From an uncultured virus (IMG/VR IMGVR_UViG_3300010158_000052) (Duplodnaviria > Heunggongvirae > Uroviricota > Caudoviricetes): a stretch of 64,000 nucleotides of DNA. This document shows, in pieces, positions 39,591-49,254 of the stretch; within the stretch, counting starts at the first letter, position 1; each line of letters begins with the position of its first letter. The translations under genes and the position numbers were made by a program. The notes beneath the pieces were generated by a model, which had not been told where the DNA came from, did not search any database, and was given only the letters and a program-made list of their open reading frames with translations. The DNA lies in the IMG/VR virus record IMGVR_UViG_3300010158_000052. One strand, given 5' to 3'.

Positions 39591-41306
39591 TTGATTATCT
39601 TTAAAAAAGTAAGGTATAAGAACTTACTCTCTACTGGCAATGCATTTCTTGAAATTCAAATGGATACAGCGCAATCTACTTTGTGTCATGGTTCAAATGG
39701 TTCAGGAAAAAGCACATTTATCGAAGCAGTATCATTTGCTCTTTATGGCAAACCATTTCGAAAAACAAACAAGCCTCAGCTTGTAAACTCTATCAACAAA
39801 AAAGAACTATTAGTAGAGATTGAGTTTTCAGCGAATAACAAAGAATATCTTGTTCGTCGTGGGATGAAACCAACTGTCTTTGAAATATATGAAAACGAAA
39901 AGCTACTGAACCAAGACGCAGCAATACGAGACTATCAAGAAATTCTTGAAAAGTCAGTTCTAAAAATGAACCACAAATCTTTCTCTCAGATTGTTGTTCT
40001 TGGTTCAGCTACTTACGTTCCTTTTATGCAACTATCTGCTGTTGCTAGACGAGACATTATCGAAGACCTTCTTGATATTCAAGTATTTTCTACCATGAAT
40101 GTTTTGCTCAAGGAAAAGGTAAGTTCGGCTAAGTCTAGAATATCGGAAAACAAATACAATATAGAAATCACCAAAGAAAAGATAGAACTTCAAAAAGAGT
40201 ATCTTCGCAAACTCAAGCAAAATGACCAACAAGTCATACTAGATAAGCAGAAGATTATTGAAGATCAAGAATCTTTGATTGAACAATATAATGAATCTAT
40301 TTCTGATGTGCAGAATAAAATTGATGCCTTACTTGAAACTATATCTGATAGTGAAAAAGTTTCAAAGAAGCGGGATAAGTATCAAACACTTGAGAGTGAC
40401 ATAAAGTTAAAATTATCAAAAGTAAAAAAAGACTTTAAGTTCTATGATGAAAATCAAAACTGTCCTCAGTGTAAACAAGGTATAGACCACGACTTTCATT
40501 CTCAGGTTCAATCAGAGAATAGTAAGACAATAGATGAATTTGAAAAGGTTCTTTTGAAAATATCTAAAGAGATGGTCACGATCAATTCTCGTATTTCTGA
40601 AATTCATTTGATAAACAAGCTTATTTCTAAACATCAAACTGCTATTTCTGCAATAAACGAAAATACTTCTGCCGTATTCTTCTATATAAAAAAGCTGCAA
40701 AAGGAAATTAGTTCGTTACAGAATGTCAGATCAATTGATGGGAATGATTTGAAGGAACTAGAAAACAACCAAACTTCTCTTGCTAAATATGAGACAGAAA
40801 AAGAACAGCTTCTGAAAGAAAAAGCTACTCTTGATATTGCTTCTGTCATTCTAAAGGATGGCGGCATTAAAAGTAAAATCATTAAGCAGTACATTCCAAT
40901 CATCAATAAACTAATCAATAAGTATCTCTCACAGATGGAATTTGTGGTTGACTTCAATCTAGACGAAAACTTCAATGAAACCATTAAGTCAAGATTTAGG
41001 GATGAGTTCAGCTATGAATCATTCTCTGAAGGAGAAAAGACTAGAATTGATATTGCACTATTGTTTACTTGGAGAGCAATTTCTAAGATACGAAACAGTA
41101 ACAATACAAACATTTTGATACTTGATGAGATTGGAGACAGTTCTTTGGATTCATCGGGCAACGAAGAGTTTATTCGTATTCTTCAAGAACTAGCTGGTGA
41201 TACCAATATCTTTATGATTAGTCATAGAGCAGAAGGCATCCAAGACAAGTTCCAACGGGTTATTGAATTTTCTAAAGAAAAAAACTTTACAAGGATTTCG
41301 CAATGA
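39591..41306 (+). CDS. gp46: Recombination ATPase gp46 (Rad50/SbcC-like)
   Basis: GSNGSGKST, CPQC zinc hook, FSEGEK, LILDE. Confidence 0.95.
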   Translation: MIIFKKVRYKNLLSTGNAFLEIQMDTAQSTLCHGSNGSGKSTFIEAVSFALYGKPFRKTNKPQLVNSINKKELLVEIEFSANNKEYLVRRGMKPTVFEIYENEKLLNQDAAIRDYQEILEKSVLKMNHKSFSQIVVLGSATYVPFMQLSAVARRDIIEDLLDIQVFSTMNVLLKEKVSSAKSRISENKYNIEITKEKIELQKEYLRKLKQNDQQVILDKQKIIEDQESLIEQYNESISDVQNKIDALLETISDSEKVSKKRDKYQTLESDIKLKLSKVKKDFKFYDENQNCPQCKQGIDHDFHSQVQSENSKTIDEFEKVLLKISKEMVTINSRISEIHLINKLISKHQTAISAINENTSAVFFYIKKLQKEISSLQNVRSIDGNDLKELENNQTSLAKYETEKEQLLKEKATLDIASVILKDGGIKSKIIKQYIPIINKLINKYLSQMEFVVDFNLDENFNETIKSRFRDEFSYESFSEGEKTRIDIALLFTWRAISKIRNSNNTNILILDEIGDSSLDSSGNEEFIRILQELAGDTNIFMISHRAEGIQDKFQRVIEFSKEKNFTRISQ

Positions 41307-41800
41307 TTTTAACAACAGTGCCACACACTGATCCTATTCTACATACTCCGTGCGAGAAGTATAACTTCCTTTCTCCTCAGATTAATATTGTAGAATTCTC
41401 TGAAAATCTAGTAGAAACGATGAGGGCTAGAAATGGTCTTGGTTTGTCTGCTAACCAAGTAGGGGTCGGTCTTCAAATTTTTACAATGGAAACTGATCCA
41501 ACATTAGTGGTTGTAAATCCTAAGATAGTTGAACTTTCGGAAGAAACTATCATACTGGAAGAAGGATGTATTTCTTTTCCTAAATTGATTGTTAAAGTTA
41601 AGAGACCTCTATGGGTTAAGGCTAGATTTAATTTTCCAAACGGACAAGCAAAGACACATAGATTTGAAGGAATGACTGCCAGATGTTTTCTACATGAATA
41701 TTCTCATCTTCAAGGTAAGACTATGATTGATGATACAAATAAATTTTATAGAGAACGTGCTGTAAAGCAACTTGATAAAATAATGAAAGGGGTCAGATAA
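41303..41800 (+). CDS. def: Peptide deformylase
   Basis: GLGLSANQVG, EGCIS, HEYSHLQG. Confidence 0.92.
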   Translation: MILTTVPHTDPILHTPCEKYNFLSPQINIVEFSENLVETMRARNGLGLSANQVGVGLQIFTMETDPTLVVVNPKIVELSEETIILEEGCISFPKLIVKVKRPLWVKARFNFPNGQAKTHRFEGMTARCFLHEYSHLQGKTMIDDTNKFYRERAVKQLDKIMKGVR

Positions 41801-41803
41801 ATT

Positions 41804-42169
41804 ATGATTAATATATCAAACATAACAATTCAAGAAAATAAAACTACAGATACAGAAGAAACTCAATATATTTCCCAAGCTTCGGTAATTGAGTATAAAT
41901 ACAACGAAGGAAAAGCTCTTCAAGAAATAACTGATTATGTCAATAAGACATACGGTGAGCATTATTCCCAAAATAAATTTCAAGCTACAGAATTTATTAT
42001 TGACTCTGGTCATGGAGAAGGATTTTGTTTAGGCAATATGCTAAAGTACACTCAGCGTTACGGTAAGAAGGATACTCCTACAGAATGGCGCAAGGACCTA
42101 ATGAAGGTTATTCACTATTCGATCATGATGTTACATGTGCATGATCTACAACATAAAACTTCTAAATAG
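41804..42169 (+). CDS. Conserved T4-like phage protein (DUF3310-related)
   Basis: TYGEHYS, GFCLGNMLKYTQRYGKK..DLMKVIHY. Confidence 0.7.
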   Translation: MINISNITIQENKTTDTEETQYISQASVIEYKYNEGKALQEITDYVNKTYGEHYSQNKFQATEFIIDSGHGEGFCLGNMLKYTQRYGKKDTPTEWRKDLMKVIHYSIMMLHVHDLQHKTSK

Positions 42170-42194
42170 AAAGAATGTCATTTAGGGGTTATCA

Positions 42195-43364
42195 ATGAAA
42201 ACATTTCTCGATTTTTATGAAGATAAGGTTAAGGAACCAACTGGCAATCTAAAGACTGCTTGTTGGAAAGGTTATACTGCTGTAGGAACAAAAAAGAAAA
42301 ACGGTAGAACTGTTCCAAATTGTGTTCCTGTTTCGGAGGCTGAAGATTATATTTTTGGTAATTCTCAGAAGCCAACTGCCTATAGTGATGTAAACCCATC
42401 TGTAGGTAGTGCAACTTCTAAGAAATTATACAACACAGATCAAGCAAATCCAAATTCGCGTCCAAAGAATAAGAAGCCTCTAAATAAAGTTGTGCAACCA
42501 CCTAAAATAACAAACTCTCCTAATCAACAAGAAATGCCACGAACTCATAATGACTTGGATCGCAAGCATCCTATGGTTCCAAAGAAACCAGTCGTCGAAG
42601 AAGTTCTAAATCTTGAAGAAACAAACTTTTCTAATCGTGCAGTTAGCATTTATCCTCACGGTCAAGGTTCTGATGTAGGCAGTCGTGTCCCAACTAGCAA
42701 ACCCACACAGATATCAACCTCTTCAGCCGTAGGAAATGAACAACATAAAAATAGATCGTTCTTTAATAGTCCTGAAAAAAAGGATTATATCGAAGGAATG
42801 GTTAATAATATAAAATCTGGAAAAACTCTTCCTCCAGTAATGTCAACTCCACATCCTGCTAATCCTTCAAAGAATATTGTAGTTGATGGAAATCATAGAG
42901 CATTTGCTCATAAAGAAGCTGGAGCATCTCATATTCCTGCTGTTCATGTAAGCCACGATAATATCCATATAGCTTCTCATGATTACGAGCATCCAGATCA
43001 ATCATTTCATCCACTATCTTCTTTTAAATCAAAAGATGGTACATATGATATGCATAAGCGTAGACCACAACTAGGCGGAAAACCTCTTAAACACTATTTT
43101 ACTGAAGAAGTTCTAACTGAACGTGGAGCAGATTCAAAAGGATATAAGCGTCCCACTGAACAAGGTGCTGGATTGACTGCTAAGGGAGCTAAACACTTTG
43201 GTGTTCAAACTGCCGTTACTGGTAAAGTTAAAGCAGGGTCTAAAGCAGCTAAAAGACGCAAATCATTTTGTGCCAGAATGTCTGGTATGAAAGGTCCTAT
43301 GAAGGACGAGAAGGGTAGACCAACCCGCAAGGCAATGTCACTACGCAGATGGAGATGCAGATAA
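42195..43364 (+). CDS. Putative capsid-targeted internal polyprotein with a ParB-like domain
   Basis: Late promoter at 42162; MKTFLDFYE leader; CWKGY..PNCVP module; IVVDGNHR; C-terminal RRKSFCARMSG module. Confidence 0.7.
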   Translation: MKTFLDFYEDKVKEPTGNLKTACWKGYTAVGTKKKNGRTVPNCVPVSEAEDYIFGNSQKPTAYSDVNPSVGSATSKKLYNTDQANPNSRPKNKKPLNKVVQPPKITNSPNQQEMPRTHNDLDRKHPMVPKKPVVEEVLNLEETNFSNRAVSIYPHGQGSDVGSRVPTSKPTQISTSSAVGNEQHKNRSFFNSPEKKDYIEGMVNNIKSGKTLPPVMSTPHPANPSKNIVVDGNHRAFAHKEAGASHIPAVHVSHDNIHIASHDYEHPDQSFHPLSSFKSKDGTYDMHKRRPQLGGKPLKHYFTEEVLTERGADSKGYKRPTEQGAGLTAKGAKHFGVQTAVTGKVKAGSKAAKRRKSFCARMSGMKGPMKDEKGRPTRKAMSLRRWRCR

Positions 43365-43861
43365 TGTTAACCTTTAAAGAATTTATTGTTGAAGGTAATC
43401 CTTTAGCCCGATTAAATGCTACTAAGGGAGAAGGTCGTGCCTTTTCTGTTATATCTGCTGAACGCGAAGGATTGCCAAAAGCAGAAAACGAAAGAAGAAC
43501 CGCAGAATTAAAAAAGAAGTTAACTGCTCAAGGTTACGGACATAGACGCGCAATAGGACACTGGGAAGGTGGAAAAGAAAACTCCTTACTAGTACAAGCA
43601 AAAAATACTGGTACAAAATCTGCTGGTAAACTAAGATATGATATGAACCGTCATGGTAAAACATATGGACAAGATTCGGTATTGCATCACGATGCTAGTG
43701 GAGCAAGAGTAGAAGGAACTAACAAAACAGGTGATCCTGGTTTTAGAAAAACTCAAAAATTAGGCAGAGTAGCTTATAATAGACCAGATGCCCCATTCCA
43801 AACAGAACTACGCCCAAGTAAAAGAAAAGCTAACGCTAGATTTACTACAACGAAAGACTAA
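43364..43861 (+). CDS. Putative capsid-targeted internal protein
   Basis: MLTFKEFIVE leader like the T4 internal-protein targeting sequence; basic body with ISAER and YGQDSVL. Confidence 0.7.
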   Translation: MLTFKEFIVEGNPLARLNATKGEGRAFSVISAEREGLPKAENERRTAELKKKLTAQGYGHRRAIGHWEGGKENSLLVQAKNTGTKSAGKLRYDMNRHGKTYGQDSVLHHDASGARVEGTNKTGDPGFRKTQKLGRVAYNRPDAPFQTELRPSKRKANARFTTTKD

Positions 43862-43902
43862 ACTAACCTCAATCATTATGATAAATTATAAAAGGAACTG
43901 AA

Positions 43903-44754
43903 ATGGAAGTTAAGATTGAACTAGACGAACTACGTAAGCGTAAGCTTTTTGTTGCAGCACCAATGTACGGCGGTCAATGTGCTGGTATGTTCTGCCGTAG
44001 CACAAACGATCTTTCCGCTGCTGCTGTTCATTACGGAATTGACTTGAGGTTTTACTACCTCTTTAACGAATCACTAATCACTCGTGCTCGTAACTATTGC
44101 GTAGATGAGTTCTTGCGTTCTGACTGCACTCACATGCTATTCATCGATAGTGATATTGGTTTCAATGCACAAGATGTATTTACTATGTTGGCTCTAATGA
44201 GTCCAGAAAGTGAATATGATGTAATGTGCGGTCCTTATCCAAAGAAGTGTATTTCTTGGGAAAAGATTAAGCAAGCCATCGATGTTGGTGTTGCAGATGA
44301 AGACCCAAATATTCTAGAAAATTATGTTGGCGATTACGTCTTTAATCCAGTTGGCAATCAAACACAAATCCTTCTTTCAGAGCCTGTAGAAATTATGGAA
44401 TCTGGTACTGGCTTTATGATGATCAGGCGTGAAACACTAGAAAAGTATCAAGAAGCATATCCTCAGTATATGTATCGCCCAGATCATGTTCGTACAGCAG
44501 CTTTTGACGGCTCACGCGAAATCATGATGTTCTTCCAAGCTGACATTGATCCTATTAATGGAACAAAGCGTTATCTATCGGAAGACTATTGGTTCTGTCA
44601 GTTGACCCGACATATTGGTCTTAAGGTTTGGTTGTGTCCTTGGATCAAGCTACAGCATGTTGGCTCTTATATCTTTGGTGGCTCTCTTGCTGATATTGCT
44701 GCGATTGGTGCTTCTGCTACAGTCGATCCATCAAAGTTAGGAAAAAAGAAGTAA
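43903..44754 (+). CDS. GT-A fold glycosyltransferase-like protein
   Basis: NESLITRARN, FIDSDIGF (DxD), GTGFMMI, YLSEDYWFC. Confidence 0.7.
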   Translation: MEVKIELDELRKRKLFVAAPMYGGQCAGMFCRSTNDLSAAAVHYGIDLRFYYLFNESLITRARNYCVDEFLRSDCTHMLFIDSDIGFNAQDVFTMLALMSPESEYDVMCGPYPKKCISWEKIKQAIDVGVADEDPNILENYVGDYVFNPVGNQTQILLSEPVEIMESGTGFMMIRRETLEKYQEAYPQYMYRPDHVRTAAFDGSREIMMFFQADIDPINGTKRYLSEDYWFCQLTRHIGLKVWLCPWIKLQHVGSYIFGGSLADIAAIGASATVDPSKLGKKK

Positions 44755-44761
44755 ATAAGAC

Positions 44762-44789
44762 TTGACAAATAAAATAGATGTGATATAGT
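44762..44789 (+). promoter_or_regulatory. Sigma70-type early promoter for gene 45
   Basis: TTGACA-N16-TATAGT with extended TG. Confidence 0.65.
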
Positions 44790-44882
44790 CACATCATGAG
44801 GAGACTGGAGATGTCAGTCACGTTTAGATGAGGTGGTCGGGCTTCTAAACATTTTTAATTTTTGTCATGTAGGAATTTTATA

Positions 44883-45557
44883 ATGCAACTATCTGAACGT
44901 ACTAGCCAACTACTAAAGAACTTTAGTAGTATTAACCAATCGGTTATTATTCGTAGAGGCAATACGCTTTCTACAATGTCTGCTCAAAAGACAATCCTAG
45001 CAAAGGCAACTATTCCAGATACCTTTGAAAAGGATATGTGCATCTATGATCTATCGCAGTTTCTTTCTGTGCTTTCTATCTTTACTAGTCCTCAATTGGA
45101 ACTAGAAGAAAAGAGTGTCATGATCCACGATGACACTAAGTCTAGCCGATATTTCTTTGCCGACGAATCTCTAATTGTTCAGCCTCCTACTAAGGAACTG
45201 AATATGCAAAATGCAGAGATTGAGTTTAATCTTCCATATCAGGCATTGTCGGGTATTCTAAAGGCAACCAACATTCTTGCTGTTCCTGAGATTGCTTTTG
45301 TTGGTGAAGAAGGTAAGCTATATCTTCGTGCAATTGATAGTAAGAACCCAACATCGCATACACTAAGTCATGCTCTTGGGGAAGTTGATTCTGAGTTCTG
45401 TGCTATCTTTAAGCCAGAATTTCTTTCAAAGTTGATCGACACTGATTATAATGTTTTGATCTCATCTAAGAAGATTGCTCGTTTCTCTTCAATCGATAAG
45501 AACAGCAGTGCAGAATTGACATACTGGATCACAGTAGAAGCAAGTAGCACATTCTAA
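44883..45557 (+). CDS. gp45: Sliding clamp gp45
   Basis: MQLSERT..LLKNFSSINQS, IYDLSQFL, YWITVE. Confidence 0.92.
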   Translation: MQLSERTSQLLKNFSSINQSVIIRRGNTLSTMSAQKTILAKATIPDTFEKDMCIYDLSQFLSVLSIFTSPQLELEEKSVMIHDDTKSSRYFFADESLIVQPPTKELNMQNAEIEFNLPYQALSGILKATNILAVPEIAFVGEEGKLYLRAIDSKNPTSHTLSHALGEVDSEFCAIFKPEFLSKLIDTDYNVLISSKKIARFSSIDKNSSAELTYWITVEASSTF

Positions 45558-45579
45558 ATATAATTAAATGATAATTGTT

Positions 45580-45653
45580 GCGGGATTGGTATAGGGACTG
45601 TGCCTTAGCCTTCCAAGCTAAAGAGACGAGTTTGAATCTCGTATCCCGCTCCA
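45580..45653 (+). tRNA. tRNA-Gly(TCC)
   Basis: GCGGGAT/ATCCCGC acceptor stem, TTAGC-CTTCCAA-GCTAA anticodon arm, encoded CCA; T-loop TTTGAAT is atypical. Confidence 0.88.
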
Positions 45654-45655
45654 AT

Positions 45656-45731
45656 GCTCCTATAGCTCAGTCGGTAGAGCGCCAGTTTTGTAAACTGGAT
45701 GTCGTGGGTTCGATTCCTGCTGGGAGCACCA
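45656..45731 (+). tRNA. tRNA-Thr(TGT)
   Basis: Canonical cloverleaf; CCAGT-TTTGTAA-ACTGG; TTCGATT; ACCA. Confidence 0.95.
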
Positions 45732-45734
45732 TTT

Positions 45735-47384
45735 TTATGAGATGATATAATGAGGCGGTGTTGAAAATTCAGCCACAAACTTAGTTCTTTTTAATTGAAT
45801 TGTTTCCTGAATAATATTCTTCATTCCCATATAATCATCCACTGCATATAGCTTATGTGCTTTCTTAGTGATAGCACCAAATATAGTCATGAACATTCTT
45901 TGTTTAAAAAACAAATCTGCTCCCCGACCACCCATATACATAAAAAATGACAATTGAGCATGGGCATAATGGTCTGCGATATTAGATTCGTTTGTATTAT
46001 TTGGACCAGAATAAGGTTTTACTTTATTTCTTATTTCATTTATGACAGAAAGCATATACTCACTGTATAGAGAAATTGTTCCTTTAAATTCTGTTTCGGT
46101 TAATTTAGCATACTTGTCAAAGAATTTTTTTGTCGTTTCATTTTTCTTTTTTAAATATAATATTTCTTGTGTTGCTAAATCTCGTCTAGCTGCGGTATAT
46201 TCTGTAGCTACTTTTTTAAATTCTTCAGGATTTTCTTTCTTAAATTTAGCACACATCTTATCAAAAACTGCAAGCCTATAGTTTACTACTTTTGAAATTA
46301 CTGCCTTGTACTGTGGATATTTCATTGCAAAAGTTTCAAATGTAGTAATACCAATTCCTCCGACCCATTGTGTGTCTTGGTATTGTTTTGAAGATGCATC
46401 AAACTGACCATTCCACCCAGCACTGTGTCCTTGAGCAAACAGGTTAAAATTTAAATTATATGTTGACATAGGTTTTTGTGTTTCTGGATCAATTAAATTC
46501 TTATAATTTAATGATACTGGAAATACCCAGTTAAGAACATCACCATTAGAAAATTTATCAAAATTTATATGTACAACTTTATTAATATATTCTCTTGTTT
46601 TAGATGGGTCATGTAATATGATAGCAAGAAATTTTGTGTAGGGATCAATATCATCAGATGCATCTTTTCCGCTTGCAAACATAACTTTTTTTATGCTTAT
46701 ATTTGATTTTACTCCTGTTGGTAACTTTAAAGATATAGGAAAAATTTCCCCGCTATCCATGTACCTTCCGATAACATTTTTATAATTGTTACCGCCAGAT
46801 GCTGCATTTTTTATAATTGTTATTGGGTCTGTGAAATATTTTATAAAGTTGGTTTCGATTTTGGTCATTGATGATTTTTTAACAAATATAACATCAATAG
46901 CAGATAAAACATCGCTTTTATATGAGATATTCATTGCGCTTCTTATATTATCTAGAGATTTGTTTTTCAATAGAATGAAAAATGGGTCTTTCTGATTTAA
47001 AAACTTATATGATGATGTTGCGCCATTTAATCTATTTGAACTAATAAAAGTTTTAGCAACGTTATATACTTTCTTAGCAAGAGAGCTATATGTTTCTTTT
47101 TTAGTTTTTTCAGTTTCTCCTACTGTGAACCCTTTTCTAATAACTTGTCCATTCATAGGAAACCTTTTAGATAAGCAATCGGTTGCTTTTATTCTATTAA
47201 TAACCTCACCTGGTTTCGTCGTTGCTGCTGTAGCTTCGTTAGAAAACATAGTAAAGAAATTAATATCGTGTTTTGGTCCAATATTAGGAAAAGCGGCAAA
47301 GTAAGCAAAAGCCAAGCATTGAGCCAGTTCTTTTAGTTCTGCGGCTTTCGCGTCTTCTGGTTCGCCATAATCTAGTTCTGCCAT
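45735..47384 (-). CDS. Hypothetical protein, possible PD-(D/E)xK-like nuclease
   Basis: AT-rich, inverted; KELAQC, SAIDVIFV...FPISLK pattern. Confidence 0.6.
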   Translation of the reverse strand: MAELDYGEPEDAKAAELKELAQCLAFAYFAAFPNIGPKHDINFFTMFSNEATAATTKPGEVINRIKATDCLSKRFPMNGQVIRKGFTVGETEKTKKETYSSLAKKVYNVAKTFISSNRLNGATSSYKFLNQKDPFFILLKNKSLDNIRSAMNISYKSDVLSAIDVIFVKKSSMTKIETNFIKYFTDPITIIKNAASGGNNYKNVIGRYMDSGEIFPISLKLPTGVKSNISIKKVMFASGKDASDDIDPYTKFLAIILHDPSKTREYINKVVHINFDKFSNGDVLNWVFPVSLNYKNLIDPETQKPMSTYNLNFNLFAQGHSAGWNGQFDASSKQYQDTQWVGGIGITTFETFAMKYPQYKAVISKVVNYRLAVFDKMCAKFKKENPEEFKKVATEYTAARRDLATQEILYLKKKNETTKKFFDKYAKLTETEFKGTISLYSEYMLSVINEIRNKVKPYSGPNNTNESNIADHYAHAQLSFFMYMGGRGADLFFKQRMFMTIFGAITKKAHKLYAVDDYMGMKNIIQETIQLKRTKFVAEFSTPPHYIIS

Positions 47385-47393
47385 TTTGTTTCC

Positions 47394-47427
47394 CTTAAAT
47401 GATTATTTAGCTTAAATGATTATTTAG
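47394..47427. repeat. 17 bp tandem duplication CTTAAATGATTATTTAG containing a minus-strand late promoter CTAAATA
   Basis: Exact direct repeat. Confidence 0.85.
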
Positions 47428-47428
47428 C

Positions 47429-47457
47429 TTGACATTGAAATTATAGTATGCTATATA
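47429..47457 (+). promoter_or_regulatory. Sigma70-type early promoter
   Basis: TTGACA-N17-TATATA with extended TG. Confidence 0.65.
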
Positions 47458-47490
47458 TAGAACAACCATGAATGTATAAAGGTATAAATT

Positions 47491-48660
47491 ATGGAACCTA
47501 TCGTTGATCCCGCCTTACACCAATTTGCTACTGAGCTTCAGTTAAAATATATTGAACTCATTAATGAATTTGGTGGTTACAGTTCAGCAGCAAGAAAGTT
47601 AGGAATCAATCCTGATGCTGTTCGTAATGCAATGAGGCGACTAAAAACTAAGGCTGCTATGCGCGGCTATTCTCCTGAACATGATATGACAAAGATTGCC
47701 CCTGCTCCTTATTTGATTAAGGGTACGTCTACTAATTATGATTCGGAAGGTAACATTACTTCTCAGTGGGTAAAGACTAAGGCAGACGAATCATATCGTA
47801 TGCAAATGATTCTTGATGCTATTGAAGATGCAACAAATCCAATCGAACGCTTACCTCCTATCAAAGCACCGAAGACTTCTGCTTCTCATCTTTGTAACAT
47901 GTATACATTTACCGATTATCATATGGGTATGTTAGCTTGGCACAAAGAAGGTGGAGCAGACTGGGATAGAGATATCGCAGAAAGAACACTGATTGGTGCA
48001 TTTGAACAAATGATTACAATGTCTCCTGAAGCAGATACTTGTATTATTAATCAACTTGGTGACTTCCTTCACTATGATGGTCTAGCTCAAGTTACACCAA
48101 CAAGTCATCATATGGTTGAAGCTGATGGTAATTATTCTCAGATGGTAAATTCTACTATCCGTGCTCTTCGTCGTGTTATTGATATTGCTCTTATGAAGCA
48201 CCAGAAGGTTCATCTCATCATGGCTGAAGGTAATCACGATCTAGCTTCTTCAGTTTGGCTTCGTCATTTGTTCACCGCTCTTTATGAGAACGAACCTAGA
48301 CTAACAGTTAATAATTCTGAAATTCCATATTATGTTTATCAGCATGGCAAGGTAATGCTTGGTTTCCATCACGGACATAAGAAGAAGAAGGAAGGATTGC
48401 CACTTCTATTTGCAGCTAAGTTCCACAAGATTTGGGGCGAAACTACAAAGCGTTATATTCATACTGGACATTATCATCATGAAGATGTCAAGGAGTTTCC
48501 TGGTGTGAAGGTAATTCAGCATCCAACATTAGCTGCTGCTGATTCTTATGCTGCTCGTGGTGGCTGGATGAGCGAACAACAAACTTCTTGCGTGACTTAT
48601 CATAATGAGTTTGGTAAAGTTGGTGAAGTTGTAGTTAATCCTGAAATGCTAAATATCTAA
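47491..48660 (+). CDS. HTH plus calcineurin-like metallophosphoesterase
   Basis: SAARKLGINPDAVR helix-turn-helix; TDYHMG, LGDFLHYD, EGNHD, HHGH, TGHYHH. Confidence 0.82.
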   Translation: MEPIVDPALHQFATELQLKYIELINEFGGYSSAARKLGINPDAVRNAMRRLKTKAAMRGYSPEHDMTKIAPAPYLIKGTSTNYDSEGNITSQWVKTKADESYRMQMILDAIEDATNPIERLPPIKAPKTSASHLCNMYTFTDYHMGMLAWHKEGGADWDRDIAERTLIGAFEQMITMSPEADTCIINQLGDFLHYDGLAQVTPTSHHMVEADGNYSQMVNSTIRALRRVIDIALMKHQKVHLIMAEGNHDLASSVWLRHLFTALYENEPRLTVNNSEIPYYVYQHGKVMLGFHHGHKKKKEGLPLLFAAKFHKIWGETTKRYIHTGHYHHEDVKEFPGVKVIQHPTLAAADSYAARGGWMSEQQTSCVTYHNEFGKVGEVVVNPEMLNI

Positions 48661-48701
48661 AAAAATTAATAATCATTAGTCCACAAGATTGTAACTTTAT
48701 T

Positions 48702-49013
48702 ATGGAGATTAATATGGTATATGGTACAGAAGTAAATAAACTTGTGCGTAAAACTGATCCACAAACAAGCAAAGATTCTGCGAATAAAGTAAATTCAACA
48801 TTTCTTGAAGAGATGGTACATAAAGCAATCAAAGAATATGGCGAAATTGGTTGTGTTGCCGACGATCTTCTTGATAAGTTTTCTGATTTCCCATACTCTA
48901 GTATCACTGCACGTTTTGCAGCATTAGAAAGAAAGGGATATATTCAATGCGGACCAGAAAAGAGAGCAGGTCGTAGTAATCGTGGTCAGAGAGTTATGCG
49001 TAACTTAATATAA
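48702..49013 (+). CDS. Small winged-helix DNA-binding protein
   Basis: RKTDPQTS..SITARFAALERKGYI motif. Confidence 0.65.
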   Translation: MEINMVYGTEVNKLVRKTDPQTSKDSANKVNSTFLEEMVHKAIKEYGEIGCVADDLLDKFSDFPYSSITARFAALERKGYIQCGPEKRAGRSNRGQRVMRNLI

Positions 49014-49026
49014 ATAAAAAGCACAA

Positions 49027-49116
49027 GGAGGAATGTCCGAGCGGTTTAAGGAACTAGTCTTGAAAACTAGCGTGGGTGAGAGTCCACCGTGGGTTCGAAT
49101 CCCACTCCCTCCTCCA
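49027..49116 (+). tRNA. tRNA-Ser(TGA)
   Basis: CTAGT-CTTGAAA-ACTAG, long variable arm, TTCGAAT, CCA; late promoter TATAAATA at 49009. Confidence 0.92.
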
Positions 49117-49124
49117 CTAATTAT

Positions 49125-49248
49125 CGGCGGAACGCTGCATGGGCAGGGCGAGGAAGGTCCAACTTCCTTAATAGGTGAAGGCGGATGGGAGCGATCCCTG
49201 AGAAGCATAAACCAAGTCTGGTCGGGTTCGAATCCTGTGCCGCCGTCA
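49125..49248 (+). ncRNA. Expanded tRNA-like RNA of unknown function
   Basis: CGGCGG/CCGCCG acceptor-like stem, D-like hairpin, perfect GGGTTCGAATCC T-arm, ~50 nt structured insert. Confidence 0.6.
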
Positions 49249-49254
49249 ACTTTT

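Noticed and set aside
49125..49248. tRNA-Sec or tmRNA
   Set aside because: No UCA anticodon loop; too short for tmRNA, with no tag reading frame seen.
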